64,000 nt of DNA, from NCBI GenBank assembly GCA_965220695.1, contig OZ244838.1, positions 4,547,293 to 4,611,292 on the forward strand. The letters are read 5' to 3'. Shown in pieces: positions 46,181 through 53,890 of the stretch (positions are counted from its first letter, which is position 1; each line of letters opens with the position of its first letter). The DNA comes from Vicinamibacterales bacterium. Lineage in GTDB: Bacteria > Acidobacteriota > Vicinamibacteria > Vicinamibacterales > UBA8438. The position numbers and the translations under genes were made by a program. Below the pieces are notes generated by a model. It was not told the origin of the DNA, ran no database searches, and saw nothing but the letters and a program-made list of their open reading frames with translations.

Positions 46181-47301
46181 ACTTGTTTCTGTAAGTGATT
46201 GTAAATGAAGGACTTGATTTTTTGTGCGTTAGTCTGCAACCCACAATCTGTCCCGCACTAGAGCGGAGCTTGCCGTTCGTACGGGGCCAGCGTGCTTCCC
46301 TCTGGAAGCGTGAAGGCGGAGGCGGTTGTCGTCGAAGTTACGGCCGGATTGCCGACCACATTGAACCAGGGACGGCAACGCGGGAATCGGCAACGACTGA
46401 CGTGGTAAGGCTGTTGAACCGCACGACGTACGCGCGCTTTGACCCACGACACGCGCGGCATGCCCGGACAGATCTGCTCCGACGAGGGCCCGGAGTGGGT
46501 CGCCAGGGCGGTCGCCGGTGGATCATCGCCCTCGACGCCGACAGCGCCTACAGACCACCTGCACCGAAGATCGTGCCACGGCCGGCTTCACCGGCACTCG
46601 AAAAGCGCTTGCTCGGCCACTTCAAGTATGGCTTTATCGACACCGCTCAACTAACATTCGCACCCGATGGGGCCGGTCGTGCCATTGGCACTGCGGGCCG
46701 TCAGGGATGCCAGTGCACAATTCGAGCATTCTCGATGGGCTTGCCGGCGAATCGTCAGGGGGTTGCGGCCATCGCGGCGCCCAGTCCAGCGACAAGGCGA
46801 CCGGGGCGGCGCCAGGTAGGGCGGCAGCGAAGGCGGCGCGATGCAGCGGACAACAAGAGGGTTGGACGTGATCGTGTCCTTGGTCTGTGTGCGATGAACG
46901 TTGCCGCTGGGCGGCAGATTGCAGAAATGCTCACCAGTGCGGATGTGGTGACGCTGACCGAGGCCCGCTTGCCGGCGGCGGTTGTCCTCGCGAAGATAGC
47001 CGCGATTTGCACCGAGTTGGATACGAGCGTCGAGCAGCTCGTGACGTTGTCGGAGATGGGGGTCAACACACCGGGGCAATCGTGGCGATCCTGTCGCCCC
47101 GGTCGCCGAGTGACGAGCCTAGCTCCCGAAAACGCCTTCGCCCGCGCGGTACTTCCGTTGCGTCGACTGCCGCGCGAGCTTCCCATCGGCTACCCAGGGG
47201 TTTCGGTTGCTCGCGCGCCGCAGGCGCAAGCCACACGGGACACGGCAACACACCGGACCCTCAGCATTCCGGTCGCAAAGTAGTAAATCTGGAGGTGCAC
47301 C

Positions 47302-47496
47302 ATGCCAACGCGACGAACTCTTGACAGCGGCGCGCCGTCTCAAGAGACCACCCAAGACTTGAAGAGGCCAACGATCTCCGCCAGAGACGTTGGCGTCACA
47401 CTCCGGATCAGCGACGCGACACTGAAGGAGATAGAACAGATTCAAGAGGAGAACATCAAGGCTGCGCAGGAAGACCAGAAGTTTTCTTGGCGATGA
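47302..47496 (+). CDS. small hypothetical protein upstream of the 526-aa gene
   Basis: 64-aa ORF with a strong RBS (GGAGGTG 4 nt before the ATG). It is charged and helical (ISDATLKEIEQIQEENIKAAQEDQK). No family recognised. Confidence 0.4.
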   Translation: MPTRRTLDSGAPSQETTQDLKRPTISARDVGVTLRISDATLKEIEQIQEENIKAAQEDQKFSWR

Positions 47497-47550
47497 GCTT
47501 CCGGCACGCTCGCTTCTCCCAAGGCATCTCCTCCGACTGTTGGGTCCACC

Positions 47551-49131
47551 ATGACGACACGGTACACGGTTGAGCTACTCGACCGTCCGGACGCTTGGAC
47601 GTTCTTGGCTCAAGCGCTTGGCGGCGATGGCTCTGACGTGGTACGCAATACTCTCCGACATCTCAGCATACTCGGTGTGAAGTCCTACGTTCTCGAAGAA
47701 AAGTACATCGATCGCGACTACTCAGCGGATTACTTGTACTTCTACGCCCGCACGTTCCGGGCCCACGACCGACACTGTAAGCGCGTTCACTTCTTCTCTG
47801 CCGACATATCCCGGCTGCTCCGGCGACCTCTATCAACAGACCGGCTGCGCCGAATCAAGGGTTTCGCAAGCACAACCTATTGCGGCTTTTGCGTCGTTCG
47901 TCCGTTGCCAACCGCGCCAATCGGAAGAACGGTTCTCAAGGGGCGCGTCCGCAGCGGCTTCGACATGGATGCTATCGTCACGTGCCGTGCCGACGTTGAC
48001 GTGAACCTGCTCGGCATCGACCTGCAAGTCACTGGTGCTTCCTTCCTCCAACAGGACGCCCGCGTGGGCGCGTGCGCTCAAGTTGCCATCTGGGCAGGTA
48101 TGCGGCATATGCACGCGCGGTACAAATACAATTGGGTGTCCGTTGCGGACATCACGCGATTCGCTACGCCCACAACCGAAACCGAGTCCATTTCCCTTCC
48201 CGCCGGATCGGACTTCCTCACCTCCGAGCGCATGATTCGTGGAATCAGCGAAGCGGGCTATCAGCCCCTCTGCTTTCGAGGCCGGGACATCGACCGCGCG
48301 ATCCTGCCGTACGTGGAGTCCGGCATTCCCGTCATTCTGGGCCTCAATATCGGCGGGGCCGTAGGTCACGCCGTCACCGTCATCGGCCGCGTATTCGCCA
48401 GGCAGGACACCCCGAGCGACAACGCCATCGACTACGTCCCGGCCTATATCGTCCATGACGACCAAGGTGGCCCCTATATGTGGCTTCCCATGGACGGCGG
48501 CGCTAGCCGGCGATTCTCCTTCGTCGACGATACGACGAAACGTGACACACTCGACGGCACCATCGAGTTGAACGTCCGGAGTCATGCGGTCTTTGCCGTA
48601 GCCCTCATGCCCACGAGGGTCTTCTCGACTGCGGCCGCCGCCGAGCATTCCGCATGGAACCGAATCGACTCCATCTTGCGCGGCATGGCTGGAATCCGTC
48701 AGTTGCTCGATGAGCGCGAACTCACCGTCAACGTCAGGCTCTTGGACGAACTACAGGCAGCGCATGGCGTGGGCCAAATCGTGCTACGGACGTACCTGAC
48801 GTCTGCTGCGGGCTACCGTCGCCACTTAGTCGGAGGCTCGGCTAGCAACGATCTCAAGGATGCAGTGCTCGACCTCCACTTGCCGCACTTCACATGGATC
48901 ACCGAGATTTCTACGATTGATTCGTACAACCAGGCTTCCCCGGGCTTGCGGCGCATCTACGGACATGCGGTTCTCGATGCGACCTCGACCGGCAAAGGCG
49001 GCGACGGCCTGTTGTTGCTCCATCTTCCCGGGCTTCTCGTCACCAACGACATCAATGCTCGAGAGGATCCCGAGAAGATCGCCATCATCCAGGGCGACAC
49101 GTTGTACGAGTGCCGCGAGAAACGCCTCTAG
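47551..49131 (+). CDS. 526-aa protein with a central papain-fold (peptidase C39-like / BtrH_N-like) cysteine peptidase signature; flanking domains unknown
   Basis: The ordered motifs are FLQQDARVGACAQVAIWAG (Gln...Cys), GGAVGHAVTVIGRV (His) and AYIVHDDQGGPY (Asp). I cannot assign the N-terminal ~160 aa (YIDRDYSADYLYFYARTF...CKRVHFF) or the C-terminal ~200 aa. Confidence 0.55.
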   Translation: MTTRYTVELLDRPDAWTFLAQALGGDGSDVVRNTLRHLSILGVKSYVLEEKYIDRDYSADYLYFYARTFRAHDRHCKRVHFFSADISRLLRRPLSTDRLRRIKGFASTTYCGFCVVRPLPTAPIGRTVLKGRVRSGFDMDAIVTCRADVDVNLLGIDLQVTGASFLQQDARVGACAQVAIWAGMRHMHARYKYNWVSVADITRFATPTTETESISLPAGSDFLTSERMIRGISEAGYQPLCFRGRDIDRAILPYVESGIPVILGLNIGGAVGHAVTVIGRVFARQDTPSDNAIDYVPAYIVHDDQGGPYMWLPMDGGASRRFSFVDDTTKRDTLDGTIELNVRSHAVFAVALMPTRVFSTAAAAEHSAWNRIDSILRGMAGIRQLLDERELTVNVRLLDELQAAHGVGQIVLRTYLTSAAGYRRHLVGGSASNDLKDAVLDLHLPHFTWITEISTIDSYNQASPGLRRIYGHAVLDATSTGKGGDGLLLLHLPGLLVTNDINAREDPEKIAIIQGDTLYECREKRL

Positions 49132-50577
49132 CTAGCTAGAGACCATAGCGGGTCTCGTCGGCAGCGTCCCGTTGTCAGCCATGCCTAAGTGGCTGTTCCC
49201 AATCTGGGAACACTCGACGCAGCCAGCGTCGCGCCGCGGCATGTCATAGCCGGCCTCCGCTCGACGGGAGTTCCACCGAAACCACCCAGTCTCGGCGTCG
49301 TCGTACTTCAGACCCGTCATATGGAACAGAAAATCGTCAGCGGCATGTGCGCAGGCGATAGCGTTCATGGTGACCACGCTTGGGGCCACCACACCCGGGT
49401 CGTCGACGTATGCGTATCCGCGCTTGGCCGCTTCCGGCACTGCCTCGTCCTGTAACCGTCCCGGGTTGATGAGGCCGTTACACCACAGGCACCCTTGCTC
49501 GGGTGTCACCATTCGGCTGACGCAGAAGACGTTCCCGACGGCTCCATCCTCGGCAACGGGAATCTTCGCGCCGACCTGGATCCCAGGGATCCCGTACTGA
49601 TGCACAATGGCGTTAAAGAGAAGTCGCGCCCCCATCCTGTCCGCCGCGAGGAAAAGGAAGTCACAGTCCGTGAAACTCGCCGCTACATCCTCCTCGAGGA
49701 AGTCCCTCGCCATCGCCTCGATCCGCGCGTTGCGGTTCGCACGACGAATGTTGCGGCCGGCCATCTGGACTTTGGGTCTACACAATCGGTCCGCAATGAA
49801 CTTTGGGATCCATGAAGGCACGACGGCATCGCGACGCCGAGCTGCGATGAGGCGCGGGAGGTTAGTTTCATCCGCCTGGTCCGGATCCGCGAGTACGAAT
49901 TCTCCCACGCCAAGCCGACCTAACAGTTCGGCCAGTATTGACCCCGCGCCGCCCAGTCCCACGATTCCCACGCGCGTCCGTTGCATCAGTTGCTGGCCGG
50001 CGTCGCCGAACAGACGACTCTGCCGATCGTAAATCCCGACCGCTGCAGCCTGCCTCTCCGGAATCGGGAACAGCAACTGTCGTCGATGACCGATGACCGT
50101 TGCGTGGCGAAGCGGCGCGCGGTCGCAGCCAGGAAACCACAGTTCGCCGGCCGCCGCAGAGCGCGCAAAGACCAACGCGCCGACCGGCATACCTCGCGCA
50201 ATGTCAAGAAGAGCGGGATAGCCGCGTTTGTGTGAGGCCATGTCGACTGCCGAGAACGCGACGGAGTTGGTTCCGCCATGGTTGTGAATGGCGAGGTACG
50301 CCAGCCGCTTGTCTCTCGCGCGGAGGATCCGGCTCTGGATGAACTCCGCTTTCAGCATGCGATAGCCGCGTTTACCCGGCACGTAGTCCACACCGTCCAT
50401 CGCCAGATGGACCTCCCTCGCGACGAGCCTCAGGCCGCGGTCGGACTCGCAAGTGCCGGCAAGGATTACCGCACCGTGCTCGTCGTCATCCCCGGGAAAT
50501 AGGTGGGTCTGGAGTTCAGCGTACAGTCCTGCGGGGATCGTCAGTCTCCAGGATTTCACGTTGGCCTCTTCATCCAT
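49132..50577 (-). CDS. JAB/JAMM metallopeptidase fused to a ThiF/E1-like adenylating enzyme
   Basis: The N-terminus carries E33-HG ... H98-N-H100 ... S109-x-x-D112, which is JAMM-like. The C-terminus has YDRQSRLFG, the Rossmann VGIVGLGGAGSILAELLGRLGVGEFVLADPDQADETNLPR, and two CxxC pairs (CLWC, CVEC) as in MoeB/ThiF/E1. GTG 50559 is an alternative start (GTGA overlap with the E2 stop). Confidence 0.8.
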   Translation of the reverse strand: MDEEANVKSWRLTIPAGLYAELQTHLFPGDDDEHGAVILAGTCESDRGLRLVAREVHLAMDGVDYVPGKRGYRMLKAEFIQSRILRARDKRLAYLAIHNHGGTNSVAFSAVDMASHKRGYPALLDIARGMPVGALVFARSAAAGELWFPGCDRAPLRHATVIGHRRQLLFPIPERQAAAVGIYDRQSRLFGDAGQQLMQRTRVGIVGLGGAGSILAELLGRLGVGEFVLADPDQADETNLPRLIAARRRDAVVPSWIPKFIADRLCRPKVQMAGRNIRRANRNARIEAMARDFLEEDVAASFTDCDFLFLAADRMGARLLFNAIVHQYGIPGIQVGAKIPVAEDGAVGNVFCVSRMVTPEQGCLWCNGLINPGRLQDEAVPEAAKRGYAYVDDPGVVAPSVVTMNAIACAHAADDFLFHMTGLKYDDAETGWFRWNSRRAEAGYDMPRRDAGCVECSQIGNSHLGMADNGTLPTRPAMVSS

Positions 50578-50948
50578 CGGATGACCTTCAGCAACTTCAG
50601 CGCCGCGGTGTCGGTCTCGGGGTTCAGCCTGTTCGATCGGCGCGAGATCTGGATAACCGGCTGGCCTCGAAACGTTGCGGTCCCGAAGCCGCCTCCCAGA
50701 CCGGCGCCGTCGGACCGCGCTAGGTCCGGATTCGTGAAGTGCGGATAGACGTCAGCGTAGGGGTACTGGAACGTGATCTGGAAGCCAATCCAGACCTGAG
50801 CCTGCACGTAGGGGGAACCCATGGGAATGTCCCTCACCATGACGATTGCCCCGCCGGTGCCGTCCGGTTCCGTCTCGACGGCACACGAATCGATCGTGCG
50901 ACGGATTTCCTCGATTGCCGTGGCCACTCCGGGGACGATCGTGCTCAT
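50556..50948 (-). CDS. E2/UBC-like protein (prokaryotic E2 family)
   Basis: 130 aa. WIGFQITFQYPYADVYPHF resembles the UBC core (F.i.i.FP..YP...P...F...HPN). Its operon position is between the Ubl gene and the E1 gene. Confidence 0.55.
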   Translation of the reverse strand: MSTIVPGVATAIEEIRRTIDSCAVETEPDGTGGAIVMVRDIPMGSPYVQAQVWIGFQITFQYPYADVYPHFTNPDLARSDGAGLGGGFGTATFRGQPVIQISRRSNRLNPETDTAALKLLKVIRWMKRPT

Positions 50949-51214
50949 GAGTTGTCGTCATTCTCGATCGCGAGGAACCGGTCGTTGGGATGTACCTCGA
51001 TGAACTGGTCGTCGCCGATCAGATTCGTCTTCCCGCCGCCGAGCTCGATGCTCAGCACGAAGTCCTGCTTGATGTTCACGCCTTGCTCGATTGCCACCTT
51101 CTTGATGTTCTCGCCCGTCTGCTTTGACCCGTCGAGCACCACCGGCTTGTCGTTCAACGTGATTTCGACCTTCCCGTCGTCGATCCCGCCCTTCACGTGT
51201 TCATCGCCTGACAT
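50945..51214 (-). CDS. single-domain ubiquitin-like beta-grasp protein (multiubiquitin-type)
   Basis: 89 aa. KVEITLNDKPVVLDGSKQTGENIKKVAIEQGV...DFVLSIEL....NLIGDDQFIEVHPNDRFLAIE follows the beta-grasp pattern of the prokaryotic multiubiquitin family. RBS AAGAGGTG is present and there is an ATGA overlap with the E2 gene. Confidence 0.55.
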   Translation of the reverse strand: MSGDEHVKGGIDDGKVEITLNDKPVVLDGSKQTGENIKKVAIEQGVNIKQDFVLSIELGGGKTNLIGDDQFIEVHPNDRFLAIENDDNS

Positions 51215-51287
51215 GTCTGCACCTCTTTCAATGTGGACTCAGGATTGCTATAATGCAACATACTGCATGTGACCATGGATTGCAAGA
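51215..51287. promoter_or_regulatory. divergent promoter/operator region between the Ubl operon and the XRE regulator
   Basis: A perfect TATAAT lies at 51249-51254. There is a direct repeat GGATTGC at 51242-51248 and 51277-51283, and an inverted repeat ATGCA-N7-TGCAT at 51253-51269. Confidence 0.4.
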
Positions 51288-51665
51288 ATGAAATTACGAG
51301 AAAAACGCACAGACCGCTTCGACGTCGTCGCGCTGCATGCCGCACTGGACTCCGAACGCCGTTCGCGCCGCATCGCCTGGAAGGATGTGGCGGCGCAGTC
51401 GAACGTGAGCGCATCGACGCTCACCCGTCTGTCCCAGGGCCGTCAACCCGACGTCAACAGCCTCGCAGCTCTCACTGCCTGGCTCGGGATGTCAGCAGAC
51501 CACTTCATGCGCACCGAGACCATTGACCAATTCGGCGCAGCAAGCCCGCTTGCCCAGATCTCCTCCATCATCCATCAAGATCCCAAACTGAATCCCGAGG
51601 GGGCGGTTGCCCTCGAGGAGTTGATCCGGGCCACGTATGCGCGCCTGAGAACCGACAGCGACTGA
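51288..51665 (+). CDS. XRE/Cro-C1-type helix-turn-helix transcriptional regulator
   Basis: IAWKDVAAQSNVSASTLTRLSQGRQPDVNSLAALTAWLGMSADHF is a typical HTH_XRE. It also has a ~45-aa C-terminal extension. Confidence 0.8.
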   Translation: MKLREKRTDRFDVVALHAALDSERRSRRIAWKDVAAQSNVSASTLTRLSQGRQPDVNSLAALTAWLGMSADHFMRTETIDQFGAASPLAQISSIIHQDPKLNPEGAVALEELIRATYARLRTDSD

Positions 51666-52225
51666 GACTACCGACTGCGCCTTCGCCTCGCCCGAGTTAA
51701 CTCGTCTCGGACCCTCGCGTTCCTCGTTCGAGGCTCGCAGCCCTGCATTGTGTAGACCGCCTGGCCGTTGGCGTCGACGTGCGCGAACGTCGGCGGACCG
51801 TCAACGGCGAAGGTAAGGTGCACAATGCTCGAGACGCGCGCGGCGCGCCCTTCCGCATCTTTGCGACACCGGTTGAGACGAGCGTGAAGTGGAGGATAGC
51901 TCGTCAAGGAACTCCCCGACTCTGCAGCGTCGTCGTTTCACGCCATCGTCATGCCTCAGTGCGCCGCGCCGGACTGTGATTCGAACGGATGGACTCGATC
52001 CGACACCAAAATCCGAAGTCTTCATTTGCTGCGAAATCCCACGGTCGTCCAGGCAAACGAATCCCACGACGACGGGAAGTCGCAAGCAAGAGCGACGGTG
52101 ACGCGCTGTCCCGTGGCGACGTCTCGACTTGGAAGGCTGCCCCGAGTGCCGGTCGTCGAGGCGCACCGCCGGGGACCACACAGTGACTGACGGACCTCAG
52201 ACCTCAGTGCATCGGCACGGTCCTC

Positions 52226-53488
52226 TCAGGGCCAGCGCACCGAGACGGTGCCGTCGTCGTTGCTGACGAGGATGTCGAACGCGCGCAGCGTTCGCAGCCA
52301 GCGGGGCGCGTTGCGCTTGACGAGGATCGCTTCGTAGTCGGTGGCCGGATCGCGGTAGGGGGTGCCATCACGGAGGACGGCGAAGGCGCAGCGTGCGAGC
52401 TTGTGCGCGGTGGCGACGATGGCACGCTTGTAACCGCGGCGCACGGTGAGCGCCTTGTGGTGCGCCTGGAATTGGCAATTCTTGGTGCGCGCGGCGGCAT
52501 GGGCGCACTCGACGAGCACGGCGCGCAGCGTGCGGCTGCCCCGGCGGGTGCGCCCGGTGCGGCGCTTGCCTGCGCTCTCGTTGTTGCCGGGACACAGACC
52601 GGCCCACGCGGCGAGGCGACTGGCAGCACCGAACACGCTCGGGTCGGGACCCATCTCACTCAGGATGGCGCAGGCCGAGGTGTGGTCGATGCCGGGGATG
52701 GTCTCCAGCAGGCGGCACTGCCTGGTGTAGTCCGTGAGGGCGGTGTCGATGTGCCGGTCGAAGTCCTGCACGCGCCGGTCGAGGTCGTCGTGTCCGGCGA
52801 TGAGGTCGGTGAGCAGGAGGCGATCGGTTTCGCACAAGGTCAGGCGCAGGGCATCGCCGAGGAGTTCCAGGCGGGTGCGGACGTGCCCGCTGAGCGAGTC
52901 CAGGATGTCCGTGCGGGGCCGTCGGGCGACCAGGCCGTCGAGGATGCGCCGGCCATTGAGGCCGAAGATGTCGCTGAGCACGCCTCCGATGCGGATGCCG
53001 CTCCGGTCGAGGACCTTCTGCACCCGGTTGCGCACCTGGCTGCGCTGCCCGACCAGCGTGCGCCGATGGCGAACCAGATTCCGCAGGTCGCAAAACGCCT
53101 CGTCGGGCACGAAACTGGGACGTCCGAGCCCGAACTGGCACACCCGGGCCAACCAGCGGCTGTCTGCGATGTCGGTCTTGCGGCCGCGCAGTTGCCGCAC
53201 GTGCTGCGCGTGCAGCAATTGCGCCTCGATGCCGGCCGCGGTGAGTGCGCGCCACGGCGCCTGCCAGTAGACGCCGGTCCCCTCCAGGGCCGCCGCCTCG
53301 ACGCGATGGCCGGTCAGCCAGGCGGCCAAGGCGTCCAGGCCGCTTGCCAGCGCACTGAAGGTGCGTGTCTCGCAGGTCGGCTCACTGCCGGGCGCTGCAC
53401 AGAGCCGCACCGTGGCTGTGATCGCCATTTTGTGCACATCGAGTCCCGCGGCGCGGGGATGGACAACGTGCAGGTCATCGTTCATCAT
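52226..53488 (-). CDS. IS110-family transposase
   Basis: Start at MMNDDLHVVHPRAAGLDVHKMAI after AGGAGG. The DEDD N-domain and the C-terminal LLETIPGIDHTSACAILSEMGPD...F........AWAGLCPGNNESAGKR block are present. Confidence 0.9.
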   Translation of the reverse strand: MMNDDLHVVHPRAAGLDVHKMAITATVRLCAAPGSEPTCETRTFSALASGLDALAAWLTGHRVEAAALEGTGVYWQAPWRALTAAGIEAQLLHAQHVRQLRGRKTDIADSRWLARVCQFGLGRPSFVPDEAFCDLRNLVRHRRTLVGQRSQVRNRVQKVLDRSGIRIGGVLSDIFGLNGRRILDGLVARRPRTDILDSLSGHVRTRLELLGDALRLTLCETDRLLLTDLIAGHDDLDRRVQDFDRHIDTALTDYTRQCRLLETIPGIDHTSACAILSEMGPDPSVFGAASRLAAWAGLCPGNNESAGKRRTGRTRRGSRTLRAVLVECAHAAARTKNCQFQAHHKALTVRRGYKRAIVATAHKLARCAFAVLRDGTPYRDPATDYEAILVKRNAPRWLRTLRAFDILVSNDDGTVSVRWP

Positions 53489-53890
53489 CGGTTCGCCTCC
53501 TGTAGGGGTACGGGGGGTGGTGGAAGCGGGGCGATCGGTCGGACGGAGAACTCGCGCCCCGAGGGCGCGGTGCACTTTGCTGCACGTCCACGGCGTGAGG
53601 CCGGGCACATTGCGGGGCTCGACGCCGACCGACCAGGTCAGTTTAGCGTCGGGGAACGTCCACCATTCGAAATAACGACCACTGTCCCGCCTCCGCCGCT
53701 ATTGTGCATCGGCCCCCGATGGAACGGCACGGAGACGCTAGCCGAACCGGTCGCCCGTCTCGCCCATTTCATGGCTTCGGGGTGGTGAGGTGGGACCGAC
53801 CATGACGGTTTAGCGGGTAGAGTTCGATGGTCGCGTGAGATCCAATTTTTTGAACCTGTACTTTTCTAGGGGATCTGGCATAACTGTGGG

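Noticed and set aside
46455-46570. Faint DDE/rve transposase debris: ICSDEGPEWVARAV in one frame and SAYRPPAPKI in another
   Set aside because: These are two short peptide resemblances in different frames, only ~75 nt apart where ~300 nt would be expected. That is too weak to annotate without an alignment.
46894-47050. Segment EMLTSADVVTLTEARLPAAVVLAKIAAICTELDTSVEQLVTLSEMGV, resembling a repeat pattern seen in some Acidobacterial and Bacteroidetes proteins (MT..DVI.L.KAGL...VI..KI.....FD.S...LI.LK.AGV)
   Set aside because: It is a single degenerate copy with no plausible gene around it. The downstream sequence is Arg/Pro-rich and there is no RBS. It may be a gene remnant.
46195-47283. 362-aa ORF immediately after the tRNA as an island-encoded protein or integrase
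   Set aside because: The translation is mostly Arg/Ala/Gly-rich with no recombinase motifs (no R..H.xR..Y pattern). It is probably non-coding or decayed DNA.
51666-52225. Several 60-126-aa ORFs on both strands between the XRE gene and IS110, as possible extra components of the Ubl system
   Set aside because: They overlap one another in multiple frames, are Arg-rich, and have no RBS or motifs. The region more likely contains the IS110 end and the target site.
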